DNA of 64,000 nucleotides from positions 84,258,001-84,322,000 of the forward strand of contig NC_042997.1 of the NCBI RefSeq assembly GCF_006345805.1, read 5' to 3'. Both the position numbers and the translations under genes were made by a program. Every line of letters begins with the position of its first letter. Position 1 is the stretch's first letter. The notes under the pieces are model-generated. The model was not told where the DNA came from. It searched no databases and saw only the letters and a program-made list of their open reading frames with translations. This document shows, piece by piece, positions 1 through 12,389 of the stretch. Origin of the DNA: Octopus sinensis (Eukaryota).

Positions 1-283
1 CGGTCTCTTTTTGCCGAACCGCAAAGTGACGGGGACGTAAACACACCAGCATTGGTTGTCAAGCAATGCTAGAGGAACAAACACAAACACACACGCATAC
101 ATATATATACATATATATGACAGGCTTCTTTCAGTTTCCGTCTACCAAATCCACTCACAAGGCATTGGTCGGCCCGGGGCTATACCAGAAGGCACTTGCC
201 CAAGATGCCACGCAGTGGGATTGAACCCGGAACCATGTGGTTGGTTAGCAAGCTACTTACCACACAGCCACTCCTGCGCCTAT
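1..283 (-). mobile_element. tRNA-derived SINE family 1, truncated by window edge; carries the intact (empty) target site AAGTAGCTTGCTAAC at 244-258
   Basis: Reverse complement reads ATAGGCGCAGGAGTGGCTGTGTGGTAAGTAGCTTGCTAACCAACCACATGGTTCCGGGTTCAATCCC (A box, B box), then a CORE-like TTGGGCAAGTG and an internal TA/TG tract. Many homologous copies in the window. Confidence 0.9.
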
Positions 284-669
284 ATATATATATTTATATA
301 TATATATATATAGACTTATGTGTATATATGTTATATATATATATATATATTATATATATAATATATATATATATATACACACACACACACGTACATATAT
401 GTGTGTGTCTGTGTATACAAACTCACACATACACACACAAGAATTCTTAAACATACTCATCAATTTCGTTGTTTTTTATTCTTCTAATACTTTCTGTTAT
501 TGGACTGCGGCCATGGCTGAATAACATCTTAAAAGTTTTTGTTTTCTTTCGTCGATCATGTTGACAGTTGTATGTATTTCATAGGCTCACTAATTTACAT
601 TTTGGGTCATAATGCTAGTTCGTAAGCCGGTACACATACACACCATCATACACGCCCACATGTGATGCG

Positions 670-1157
670 AATCTTCACCAAATACATTTTACTAAATATC
701 AATGAACCTCAGAGTACAGTAGAATACACTTCTTCAAAATACCGCGCAGTGGATTCGAGCCAGAAACCTCGTGTATGAAAAGTGGAATTCCTAACCACAT
801 GACTACGGCTCCACCAACAATGTTTTTTTTTTTTTACTTTTAATTGTTTCAGCCAATGGAGCACGACCATGCTGGAGCACGCCTTAAAGGGTTTTAGTCA
901 AACAAATACAATACTTATGTTTTGTGTTTAAGTCTGGTGCTTATTCTATCGGTCTTATATGGAACCACTAAGCTTCGGGGATGTAAACAAACCAACATTG
1001 GTTTTTAAGCGGTGGGGCGACAGATATGTCCCCGTAATTTAGCGGTTTAGCAAAAGAAAATGATAGAATGGGTAATGTAGTCGACTTTTTTCGACTAAAT
1101 CTTTCAAGGCGGTGCTCTAGCATGACCATAGTCCAATGACCAAAACGAGTAAGAGAA
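670..1157. mobile_element. Degenerate SINE family 1 pieces (minus head ~670-812, minus tail ~843-1022, plus tail ~1024-1157)
   Basis: Similarity to SINE1 motifs ACCATGCTGGAGCAC, CTTATTCTATCGGTC and AGGCGGTGCTCTAGCATG in opposite orientations. Confidence 0.65.
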
Positions 1158-1312
1158 ATATACGTTATCGAAGATTGCTTAACTTTAGACAGTAGAGTGT
1201 GATTTGAAAGATATTTGGTTCTTATTTCTAGCTGGTAGAGCGACAACCTATAAGCTTCCACGTTGATTCGCGCTGTGTGTTGGATTTATTTTTGGTTGTT
1301 TTGTGTTGCAAA

Positions 1313-1470
1313 GGCATAGTTGGTAGTGGTTAGAATGTTGAGCTCACAATCGTAAGCTCATGGGTTCGATTCATTGACCGGGTGTTATAACCTTGAGCAT
1401 GTACTTTATTTCCCATTACTCTAGTCTACTCAGCTGTAATGAATACCAGCAGCGTGTTGGTGCAATCCCC
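1313..1470 (+). mobile_element. tRNA/CORE-type SINE (family 3-like), degenerate
   Basis: A-box-like TGGTAGTGGTTAG, B box GGTTCGATTC, then CORE-like CTTGAGCATGTACTTT and CTACTCAGCTGTAA. Confidence 0.6.
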
Positions 1471-2312
1471 ACTCCCTCTAATTGTCACATCCTGGATCTC
1501 CGCTGGGTCAAGGGTCGTTCATGACTACACAATTAGCACAGATATGTTACAAGTCATACTCGCTTGCTAATGACGGCTATGGCTTTGTATTGTCTATGTG
1601 TTTCATGCTGTCTGTCAAGCTGTCTACTTACTGTTTTATAAACCTATCCACCAATTCACTTCACTACCTATCTATGTTTGTCACCTCTCCAAATACTTAT
1701 CTACCGATAACTTAGCTATTTGCCAAGCTGATCACTTGCCAATCAAATTTCTACCTTGTTACATCGTCAATCACAGTCTCGACTTCAACCTACGTAAAAC
1801 ACACAATTTCTATTTCACCCCTAACCCAATCACAACTAACTGTCGTAAAACAACTGCATACCTAAAATGAAGGCTGGTACAAACACACAAGAATCCACTG
1901 CAAATGCAAACAAGATAGAAATAGCTTAGAAAACAATTCCAAATCCTACTTAAAATGAAACAAAGAAAAATAAAATGAAATGATAAAGATACAATCATGA
2001 ACCAAAGGGAAATAACACAAATCATCTCAATGCAAATAAAATATCCGTCTTTAAACAAGCAACACACCGGAAACAAACGGCAGCCATGGTTTACATAGCA
2101 GCCACACATTAACTGTTACATGTAAAACGGAAAAAAAAAATGGAGAAACGGTCCGCACACAATCAAAGCACAAATAAAACATACGTGCAAGACAGTGATT
2201 TCAATATTCAATACGGAAGTTGTGGAATGACCAAATATATAAAATATCAGCTGAAATGTTTTGAATTTATTTCCCATTTACACTAGTATTGTAATCTCTC
2301 TCTTTCTCTTTC

Positions 2313-2394
<82 letters not shown>

Positions 2395-2802
2395 TCTGCA
2401 GTAGCACAGTAATACACTATCTACTAAGTATCTTGCACATGAGGGCTAGTCATACTCAACTCATCTCGTTTAACCATGCAGCAGATTGTGTTTAAAAACG
2501 GGGGATTATTGACATCGTTGTGGAATGCTCAACAAACTGCAATTTGATGTGTAGTTAGATGGTTTTCAGTGCTAAGACCCGGTATTTTTTCAAAGCGATT
2601 ACTTAGTTATCCAAACATTGAGTAAAAAAAAAAAAACTTTGAAAAAATAAAATAAAAAAATAAAAAAATTATCAACCAAGAATCTTTTGTGTGGTCGAAA
2701 ACTCTTCCAACAAACAAATTAAGGTTTAAAAATACAGATCTCTTGTTTTAAATCCTTAATTACAATAAGTCGAGATGTTCACGTCTAAAATGTTGATAAA
2801 AC

Positions 2803-2995
2803 GTAGTAGTAGTAGTAGTAGTAGTAGTAGCAGCAGCAGCAGCAGCAGTGTTAGCAACGGCAGAAGCAGCACTATTAGCAACGGCAGCAGCAGTAGTATT
2901 AGCAAAGGCAGCAGCAGCAACAGCAACAAAAGTATTAGTAGTAGCAGTAGCAGCAGCAGCAACAACAATAACAGTAGTATTAGCGGCAGCAGCAA
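2803..2995. repeat. Compound (AGT)n/(AGC)n trinucleotide array with a higher-order AGTATTAGCA(A)CGGCAGC unit
   Basis: Directly visible; gives rise to the poly-S/L/A ORFs. Confidence 0.95.
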
Positions 2996-3354
2996 AAAGT
3001 TATTTTAACTGCGACCATCTCGTCCTTTGTTTATATCTAGGACCACATGATCTTATGACCTTCTTTTTATTTTCATGATTTTGTGTGTAATAGGATTGAG
3101 ATATGACAGCTATTTCTATCGAGCCAATTGACTACATAGAGACTCATTCCAAAGTTCTCTCTAATTCTGTAGACTGTTATTTTTTGGGTGAAAGTCAGGC
3201 TGGAATGAAAGACTTTGGATCTCGAAATATGAAACCACTCAAAGCCGAAACTGCCTTATAGTTCTTGATCTTCGTTTTTATAAATGTTATTGTTCTTGAT
3301 ATTCGCTTTTTTTTTCTTTTTAAAAATAGGAAAAGAAGAAATAGATCTAGTGCA

Positions 3355-3500
3355 GGATTTATCCTTTATTTATTGACTCTGTAAAGATGAAAGCTAAAAC
3401 TGACCTCGGTGGGATTTAGACTCAGAGCGCAAACACCTAAAACGAATTCTGCTTAGGATTCTGTCAAATGCTCGAACGATTCTATCATCTCACCACATAT
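3355..3500 (-). mobile_element. SINE family 2 fragment
   Basis: AAAGATGAAAGCTAAAACTGACCTCGG...ACTCAGAG matches family-2 copies such as 37818-38040. Confidence 0.6.
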
Positions 3501-4197
3501 GCAACAAAAACTGTCAAGATCGGGAAAACATGTCCAAGAAGTTTTATCATCTCATTATTTTAAATTTCCTAACCAGAGAATGCCTTTATACTTAACGTGT
3601 CTATCTTGTTAGTCATACCAAAATATTATTAATACGAGTAAGACTACTTCGCCGAAGAGGCTCAATAAGAACGAAACATATCTGTATTTGTCACTGTACG
3701 CACCAGAGGTCAGATTCATTACACACAACTTGCCTACTCCAGTCAATATTTAATCCGTTTTAAAATAAAGAGTTGTCTCCCTGATTTTCTTGACTAGGGT
3801 TAATGCCACTAATTTTCTTTTTAATTACAGGTGTGACATTAATTTAAATTTTGAGCAGGGAGCTCATAATATTAAATATGTTAATACCGTCGTAGCTATA
3901 GCATGGTTCTGTGTCATCTGACTGTATCACTTAATCAGGTGGAACGTCAATCCATACAGTCCTTTACAGGGTCTCCGAAATTGGTGGGGAAAAGCCTGCC
4001 CCTGCTTACAACACAGTGTACTCCGTTAACGGTAGTCAATGTGTCAGATGATGATGTTAAACTGGGCAATAAATTAAGACCAATACCCAAATAAGCTATG
4101 GCTGAATTTAGACTCAGACAACCCCCGCAAAAAAAAAAAAAATCTAGGACAAATACCAAAGTTCATTCTGTCTAATGTCCTAACACTCCCTCTAACC

Positions 4198-4488
4198 TAG
4201 TGGTTCTGAACCAGGGTCCATATAGCCCTTAGAGGTCCATATAGCCCTTAGAGGTCCATATAGCCCTTAGAGGTCCATATAAGATTTTGTTGTTAAAATG
4301 TATCTGCAATAAACTGCTTATATTTCTACAATGCATAAAATATTATTTGTTTTATACACTTCATAATAATATCTAATTATAAAAATACAGTAGGATTTGT
4401 CTTTATACATCGAATGCCTATGGAGGTCCAGTAGAATAAAATAGGAATCAAACGTGGTCCACAGACAAAAAATGGTTGAGAACCATTG
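4198..4488. mobile_element. hAT (Charlie-like) MITE, ~290 bp, with an internal 19-bp tandem triplication
   Basis: Imperfect TIRs TAGTGGTTCTGAACC (4198-4212) and GGTTGAGAACCATTG (4474-4488) resemble the CAGTGGTTCTCAACC hAT-Charlie terminus. GGTCCATATAGCCCTTAGA x3 inside. An 8-bp TSD is not clearly preserved. Confidence 0.7.
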
Positions 4489-5268
4489 CAACCCATAGTT
4501 CTTGATTGGTACCTTGTTTATATGACCCCATAAAAACGTAAGATTCGGTTGATCTTAGCCGAATTTGAACCCAGAAGGTAAGAAGCTGGAATAAAAAGAC
4601 CGCACTGCATTTCGATCGACGCACTAAAAACTGCCAATTCTCCACCTTTTGTAATGCGCCTTTGTTTTAATGTTTTATTAAAAAACAGCCTGGATGTGGC
4701 AATATATTTATATACTCTTCAACTCTTCAAATGCATTGAAGAAACTTAAAGAAATATTTTCCATTTTCGCAATACATTAAATTTGATTTAGAACAGGAGT
4801 AAATTATTGGTTTATTTATATAACTTTTAATTATTTCATAACAAATATTCTTTTCATAGGTCGTAACTGTAATATGGATACAGGAAGGTTATAATATTTC
4901 ATTTTTTTTTTGTATATACTTAAGACAAGAAAAAAAAAAAAAAATGAAGTCAAATAGTTCCGTTCCGTTAACAAAGAAATGGCGCAAACCGTAAAATTAA
5001 TTGAGATATTAAAAAGAAGGCAAATATAAATATAAACATAAACAACTTATTAAAATAATAAACAGAATTCAATTAAAACTAAGACTGAATTATTAAAAAG
5101 AAAACAAAAAATATTCACCTCCCAAGATGTAAAGATCAGACGATAGAGGACAATATAATTGCGAGATCAAAATAGGTGATTGTTGGAATATAATTATGCC
5201 AGGATTTATTTGGCGATGCGTTGCAATCGTTAATTATTCCTCCTATTAAATACTTTGTCCAACAAGAT

Positions 5269-5292
5269 ACACACACACACACACACACACAT

Positions 5293-5324
<32 letters not shown>

Positions 5325-5575
5325 TCATAGATTCATATATACATACATATATATATATTTTTGTGTGTATGTATGTATGCGTATATATGTACATACGTAT
5401 GTATGTATGCATATATGTATGTATATATGCATGTATGTATGTATGCATGTATGTATGTATGTATGTATGTATGCATGTATGTATGCATGTATGTATGTAT
5501 GTATGTATGCATGTATGTATGTATGTATGTATGTGTATGTATGTATGTATGTATGTATGTATGCGTGTGTATGTG
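5269..5575. repeat. (CA)n followed by (TATG)n microsatellite
   Basis: Directly visible. Confidence 0.95.
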
Positions 5576-5634
5576 ATTGTATGTGCTTGTGTATTTGGGC
5601 TGATGTTTATGCTTACATATATACATGGACAATT

Positions 5635-5950
5635 GCATAGTTGAACGATTATGACGCCCACTTCCCAGTCATGGCTACCTGGGTTCGATCTTCCTGTTTG
5701 CCACATTGAGCCAGTGTATTTTTTCACCGTAACCTCGAATTGGCTTTAACTTTGTGGGTAAAATCGAGCAGATGGAAACTATGTGGGATCCCGTCAAGTG
5801 GACTATACCTGTAAATGAAACATGCAGCCTCGTCACACACTGATTCTATCTGAGAATTACATTAACGATGTAACGATGTGAAGAATACTTAACCACTTAC
5901 ATGAATATTCAATAAGTGAGCAATTGAACTACCTCTAGAGTAATCATCTG
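5635..5950 (+). mobile_element. Degenerate tRNA-headed SINE
   Basis: B-box-like GGGTTCGATCTT at ~5680, followed by CORE-like TTGAGCCAGTG. Confidence 0.4.
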
Positions 5951-6135
5951 CCGAGGTAAGCATTTACTTTTACTGTTCACATGTATAGCATGTCAATTGT
6001 TTTGCCCTCACAACTCGTGATGAACTTGTAGTGGGGTTGTCCTGATATAATAATATCACAAGATTTCAATTAGGCTCAAACAACTCAGCCAGTTCGCCTC
6101 TCTGTGAATTTGTATATTTTGTATATCTATAAGCA

Positions 6136-6178
<43 letters not shown>

Positions 6179-6237
6179 TCATTCACTCTTTCTCTCTCTC
6201 GGTATATATATATTCCTTTATTCTTTTATTCTTTTAC

Positions 6238-6630
6238 TTATTTCAGTCATTTTGACTGCGGCCATGCTGGAGAACGGCCTTTAGTCGAACAAATCGACCC
6301 CAGAACATATTCTTCCGTCAGCTGTAATCTCAGCTTCCCTTATCATTTTAGTACTTATTCTATCGGTCTCTTTCGCCGAACCGCTAAGCTACGGGTACGT
6401 AAGCATACCAACATCGGTTGTCTAGCGATAGTGAGAGACAAACACAGACACACAAACACAATTGTATATACATATATACAATGAGCTTTTTTTAGCATCC
6501 ATCTACTAAATCCACTCACAAGGCTTTGGTCAGTCCGCGGCTATAGTAGAAAACATTTGCCTTAGGTGCCACGCAGTGGGACTGTGCCCGGACCCATGTA
6601 GTTGGGAAGTAAGCTTCTTACCACAGAGTC
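6238..6630 (-). mobile_element. SINE family 1, near full length
   Basis: Tail (TCAGTCATTTTGACTGCGGCCATGCTGGAG), internal CA/TA tract, CORE and head all present in reverse orientation. Confidence 0.85.
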
Positions 6631-6644
6631 ATACACACACATAT

Positions 6645-6780
6645 CGATATTTCTCTCTCTGAGTATAGGCTCGAAATGTCAAAGACGTTTCCATTCTTCC
6701 CAATCGTCAAACTAATACGCTTCCTTTTTGTTCCCTCACCTGTCCCTGTCTTTTATTTTCTGTATATTTGAATCTTAAGG
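6645..6780 (+). mobile_element. Penelope-associated repeat fragment with a partial hammerhead-like motif, ending at (TA)n
   Basis: GAGTATAGGCTCGAAATGTCAAAGAC plus downstream CGTCAAACTAATAC, homologous to 7915-8117 and 42090-42240. Confidence 0.55.
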
Positions 6781-7149
6781 ATATATATATATGAAACCTT
6801 GTATTCCTGGCGTAAGACTTTATCTCCACACACGCCAGCTTAATTGAATTCATCCTTAATCGAAAGACACCTGTTGTTATGTCCTGTTATTTGTATTTGT
6901 GTAACATTCTCCGTTTTTTTTCCGTCCTGGTTTTCGTATACATTCACTGCTTTCTTCTAAGGAATCTAATGCTCTTAGCTTAGTTTTTCATTGGGGCTGG
7001 CGAGATTGGAGCAATCTCGAATATAACCAGCCGAAATTGCAAAGATAATCTGGAACTCGACTGAGGAAAGAAAACTCCGAATGACCCGTCCTTGTTTTCT
7101 TTATATCGTCTATCTGGATGTTTTGTGTCTTGTCCCATTTTGTATTTTA

Positions 7150-7204
<55 letters not shown>

Positions 7205-7319
7205 CAATAAGAAAATGGAGGGGATCAAGAGATGGTACTCATCAACTTTTAGACTTGGATAGATATTATCCCTTGGTTGGATTCTCAACCTCTAACTCTC
7301 TTGGAATTATATATATATA

Positions 7320-7368
<49 letters not shown>

Positions 7369-7399
7369 TTTTTTTTTTTTTCTCTGGTTTCACTCTGAG

Positions 7400-7708
7400 C
7401 TGCGGCCATGCTGATGCACCGCCGTTATGTGCTACACTGTTATTGCGAAGAACCTTGTCTAATATGTGGCACTTGGTGAAGAATGCAGTTTGATATAGCT
7501 ACTCTCATTTGCACCTCTTCCAGACATATATTACTGAATACCTCTCCCGTCTTCTCTGCAGGGAGTAGAGTCTTAGCTGTTTCAACCTTTCCCAGTAGCT
7601 GAGCTGTTGCAAAGAGACGATCTTCTTTGTGAATCTTCTCTGGATTGCTTCAAGGTCCGCTGTTAATTTTACACTGGTGGGTGATCATAGCTGTGAGCAG
7701 TAATCCAG

Positions 7709-7710
<2 letters not shown>
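7400..7710 (-). mobile_element. CR1/L2-group LINE ORF2 C-terminal fragment
   Basis: Minus-strand translation DYCSQL*SPTSVKLTADLEAIQRRFTKKIVSLQQLSYWERLKQLRLYSLQRRRERY matches the CR1-group post-RT motif. Confidence 0.8.
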
Positions 7711-7775
<65 letters not shown>

Positions 7776-7914
7776 GTATGTATTCCACACATTGAGAATC
7801 CAGACATTTTCAGTATAGAAGACACTTAGTAGTGCTCAAAAGATTCAAACTTAGACTCCGATGTCTTCACGCAGTATCGATTCCGATTATATATGTATAT
7901 ATATCGCCATGTTG

Positions 7915-8117
7915 ATTCGTTAGCTACTGCACGCATTTTTTTTTCTCTCCTTCTTTCTGTGTTTTTCTCTCTCTGTGTATCTTTCTGTTGAAGAGCGTAG
8001 GCTCGAAACGTTAAAGACTTGTTTTATTTATATTTCCTGAGCGCCATACTAATACAATTGTTCGTTTGTTTTCCACCTGCCTTCGTCTTTTGTTTATTTT
8101 CATAAAGCTTCCCGTTA
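7915..8117 (+). mobile_element. Penelope-associated repeat between (TA)n arrays
   Basis: Homologous to 6645-6780 and 42090-42240; contains a hammerhead-like fold; 3' end abuts (TA)n. Confidence 0.55.
7980..8017 (+). ncRNA. Minimal type I hammerhead-ribozyme-like motif (non-canonical core)
   Basis: TCTTT-CTGTTGA-A-GAGC(GTAG)GCTC-GAAAC-GT-T-AAAGA. Helix I TCTTT/AAAGA, helix II GAGC/GCTC, palindromic ACGT helix III. Core position 6 is U rather than A. Confidence 0.5.
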
Positions 8118-8131
8118 TATATATATATATA

Positions 8132-8169
<38 letters not shown>

Positions 8170-8412
8170 TTAAAAATGAAAGAAAGTTGTAGATGTACAA
8201 TTACTTTCACTGGTTTATAGTTGTTCCTGCTGTAAGAGCTGGATTAAGGTGCGACATCTTGTAGCTTTCTCAGAGCCATTTGAATGAAGTGTGTGTGTGT
8301 GTATGTATGTGTGTACGTGTGTGTGCGTGTATGCATGTATCTCCTTGTCTATTCTTTCACTCTACACGCTTACGTCGCAACCTCAACTGTTCATTATATT
8401 TTCTGCGTGATA

Positions 8413-8460
<48 letters not shown>

Positions 8461-9139
8461 ACGGGGTATATATCAATGTTTCATGCATACATACATTTGT
8501 ATGACTGGAGTATAACATGCTAATTATGAATTGTTTTGTTTCTGGGTAAATCTGTTTCATTTCCCTTCAGGTATTAATGTTATTTGGAAAGCGTGACTAT
8601 CATAGTTCATTCCCGCTGATTAATATTTCTGTTTAGAAAAGACCTAGCAATAATTCATGAAGTGCATGCAGAACAGTGAAAATCCAAAGAATAACAAACC
8701 TATTCATTTTAAATACATTCTGGCATATTCGAGCCTGAATATGCTGATCGCTGCTGCATTTCGTTTCGGAGATGTCATTGGTTCTAATTGCTATCCCCTT
8801 CATATGTGGTGTTTTTTATGGCAAAGCTTCATAATTGTCCACCATTCTGTTCACTAAACAGTGTCAGGGAACATGAGAACGGCATAATTCTTTAGTTTGA
8901 GAAGTAGCAGATCTTTAAACTTGACCACTATTTCTATACATTGCAGATCCCGCTTCAAGATCCTACTCTGGATGTGGGGAAAAGAAAAAGAATCGATTTC
9001 CATATGTAGAATAAATTTCACCCATAAGGCTGAGAGGTAACCACCGCTATGATAAAAGGCCCTTGCTTAAGATGTCTTTCAGCAGGGCGAACACAGGTCG
9101 CATGATTGCGAAGTGATATGCAAAAAAGGCCACAGAAGC

Positions 9140-10072
9140 GCTATTATTAGAAGTAAAAGGTCAGGCTTATGTCGGATGAAAGATTGCAAAGGTAAAGCAC
9201 TGTACAAGAAATTGAAAAGGAATGAAATTGAAAAGAAAAGAATGCATGGTCAATTTCATAGGGATGCTGAAGATAAGACAGACAGAGAAAAAAGATAGTT
9301 GTTGATGACTAAAAGTGATTTAAAACCGGAAGCATAGGCTCTAATCTGTGCTGCCCAAGAGCAAGCACTAAGAACAAACTACATAAAATATAGAATAGAC
9401 AACACAGCAGAAAGTGATAACTGCAGAATCTGTGGACAAAATGGTGAAACCATATGGCATATTACCAGCGAACGTACACCACTAGCCCAGAAGGAATATA
9501 AGAGATGCCACGACAATATAGCCAGGCTTGTCCATTGGACACTTTGCAACAAGTATGGACTTGACAGAGCAAAAAATTGGTACGACCACAAACCTGAAGG
9601 CATCGACGAAAATGGAAATGCAAAGATCCTATGGGATTTTATGATTCAGTGCGACCATGAGATAGAGAATAGGAAGCCGGTGATAGTCTTAATTGAGAAA
9701 GAAAACAAACTATGCTGGATCATAGATATAGCATGCCCAGCTGACAACAAGGTATGCGATAAGGAAAAAAGAAAACTCGAGAGATATGACAGGTTAGCTT
9801 GGGAAGTTAAGCAGTTGTGGTCGATGAAAAAAGTAGCAGTAGTACCAATAATTGTCGGAGCCCTGGGAACAGTGAGCAAAAATGTCGAGAAGTACGTGGA
9901 ACAAATAGGGGCTGCAGTAAGGGTGGATCACTTGCAGAAAACAGCACTGCTTGGAACCGCTCGAATACTCCGGAAGGTGCTCGAAAAATAAGAGTGTTAC
10001 CTTAGTTCACTGGTAGTGAACAGCTAACACTCTAATATATCTCCAGCATTAGAAGCTGTGAAAAGGCAACAA
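9140..10072 (+). mobile_element. R4/Dong-type RLE LINE, 5'-truncated, degenerate
   Basis: MHGQF, AAQEQAL, CRICGQNGETIWHITSE (CCHC), CHDNIARLVHW, RLE region IIDIACP..K..KLERY, GALG, QKTALLGTARILRKVL. Ends at an (AAT)n array. Confidence 0.9.
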
Positions 10073-10089
10073 AAATAATAATAATGATC

Positions 10090-10144
<55 letters not shown>

Positions 10145-10188
10145 TCATGATAATAATAATAATAATAATGATGATGATGATGATGATG

Positions 10189-10252
<64 letters not shown>
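10073..10252. repeat. (AAT)n/(GAT)n array at the 3' end of the Dong-like LINE
   Basis: Directly visible. Confidence 0.95.
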
Positions 10253-10619
10253 TTCTTTGCATCTCTGACACTAGCAGAAGTAGTGGGGGAGCGTCATAGC
10301 CATGAGAGGAATTCTTTGAGGTTTGAATAATTCGCCTCTGGAAGCATGAATGTTTCGCTCAACATCCTTAAACAAACCTTATTCAGGGATCTTTTGAGCA
10401 GGATGGGCTACTCATCCTGGAAAAATTCTGAACCCAACCTGCAAGGTCATGAGCTGTTTGTCTCGATATGAAATCACCATGTTGCGCAAATATGGTTGTG
10501 ATACATGTGCCTGGTGTACACTTATCAGACGGGTAGTCTTGATGGGTATATTGGGCTTCATATATTTGTATCCCATCGTCACTTCGATGGCATGCGCTGC
10601 TCTCTCACTCCATGATAAT

Positions 10620-10830
10620 AATACAAAAGTTTCGTAATTGAAATATTCAAGATGTGGGGCATGAAGTTATAAATTATACCAGTAATAATTGGAGCAATGG
10701 GTATGATAAAAAACATATGATCAAAAAGGTAGAAGCTATACCTCAACTCTCAACACTACACACTATCCAAAAAATAACCCTACTAGGAGCAACACACATC
10801 CTACGCAAAACACCATTAATTCAATAGTTC
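10620..10830 (+). mobile_element. Short 3' fragment of a Dong-like LINE
   Basis: Encodes IPVIIGAMG...IQKITLLGATHILRKT; begins right after GATAATAATA. Confidence 0.7.
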
Positions 10831-11059
10831 AATCCAAATAAAACAATCCACAAACACCATACACACTCTACAGTACATAGTAAATATCCAATAAAATGAG
10901 CAACCCCCACAAATACCCTACAGGTGGGATACCTAACATAACACAACTCACATTACGCACACAACTCACAGTACAAACACTAATTCAACAAAAGACTGCA
11001 ACGGAACTCCATAACAAAACAAAACTGATGCAATACAATACCAGGAGGAGTTTTCACTT

Positions 11060-11460
11060 TTTAATTTTGGTGCAAAGCCTGCAAATTATAAGAAGATCAC
11101 ACTAGGATCGATTACATCGTCCCCAGAGATGAACTGGCACTTATTTCTATCGCCCTTGAAAGGATGAAAAGCAAAGTTCACCTCAGCGAGATTTCAACTC
11201 AGAACGTAAAGAACTGAAAGAAATTCGGCTAAGAATTTTGTTCGATTCGTTAACAACGCTACCAGTAGCAGTTACAATGGTTTCAAATTTTGGCATAGGA
11301 CCAGTAATTTTAAGTGTCCAACTGGTGCTTATTTTATCGAATCCGAAAGGATGAAAAGCAAAGTTAACCTCAGCAGAATGTGAACATAGAAGGTAAATAT
11401 ATATAAAAAAAGCGGAAAAATGACGGTCAGTATTTTATACGACGTGCTAACGTTACTACC
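11060..11460 (-). mobile_element. Two tandem SINE family 2 copies
   Basis: Repeated GAAAGGATGAAAAGCAAAGTT.ACCTCAGC.GA.TT..AAC.CAGAA motif at ~11158 and ~11345. Confidence 0.75.
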
Positions 11461-12119
11461 AAAAACAATAATATTAAACGGAGAGAAAGAATCGGATCCA
11501 AAACAGGCTACACATGTATTCGTAATAATAATTATCTTATTAGGTTATTATTGCTGAAGTTAGAGTTTTTCTTGTTGTTTACAACTTTTGCACGTTCTTC
11601 CTATTTAAAAGCCATATCTGGTGGGTCGTCTGTGGAAGTACGTTGCGCGCGCAATGTCGTCTGCTTTTATCGCTGTTTTGCTTGTTTGTCTTACCTTTCT
11701 TTTTTTTGTGTGTGTCTGTATACAAGTATGTGTGTGTGTGCGTATTTTTAATATTATTATTTCGTTATCAATGAGAAACCCTAACCAGTTCAGCATGACC
11801 TCAGATAAAAGAGAGAAAATAACTCTGCAGTATGTACCTACCAACTGTTGAATGTACGACAGCAAGGATAGTTATCTAGTTTATTGATAAGGACGACGTA
11901 TCAACTTAGGGTTATAACTGATTAAATTATAAGAAGTTGGGTATGAACAAAAAAAAGAGAGAGAGAGAGAGAGAGAGAAGAGAAAGAGAGAGAGAGAAAG
12001 AGAAGAGAAAGAGAGAGAGAGAGAGAGAGATAGAGAGAGCGAGAGAGAGAGTGAGAGAGAGGGGTTGATTGGCAAGAAGGGGCACCACTGAATACATTTA
12101 GATGATGAGATAGAGAAGT

Positions 12120-12219
12120 NNNNNNNNNNNNNNNNNNNNNNNNNNNNNNNNNNNNNNNNNNNNNNNNNNNNNNNNNNNNNNNNNNNNNNNNNNNNNNNNN
12201 NNNNNNNNNNNNNNNNNNN
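12120..12219. other. Assembly gap (100 N)
   Basis: Run of N. Confidence 1.
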
Positions 12220-12389
12220 GATTCGCTCTTTTAGTAACTAGTTTGGTGTCAACTTCATCTTGAAGCTACCTAAGCGGATTTAGTTTTCACATCCATACAT
12301 CTCGTACGCATTTTACTAGTAACGTTTAACCTAAGCTATCACGTGTACCGGTGACTAGAGCTAACTCACAATATATCTTTTCTGGTATC

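Noticed and set aside
196-283. SINE heads as genuine tRNA genes (also 29821, 46161, 55363)
   Set aside because: A/B boxes are present, but I could not fold a complete cloverleaf, and each continues into a SINE body.
4206-4270. CRISPR-like repeats (also the 15-bp array at 37657-37761)
   Set aside because: Units are contiguous with no unique spacers, there are no cas genes, and the context is a eukaryotic transposon.
7061-7090. Further hammerhead-like words (CTGAGGA...CCGAA here; CCGAAGAG...CGAAAC at ~3647-3681)
   Set aside because: Helix II and helix I pairing is incomplete, so a fold cannot be supported from single degenerate copies.
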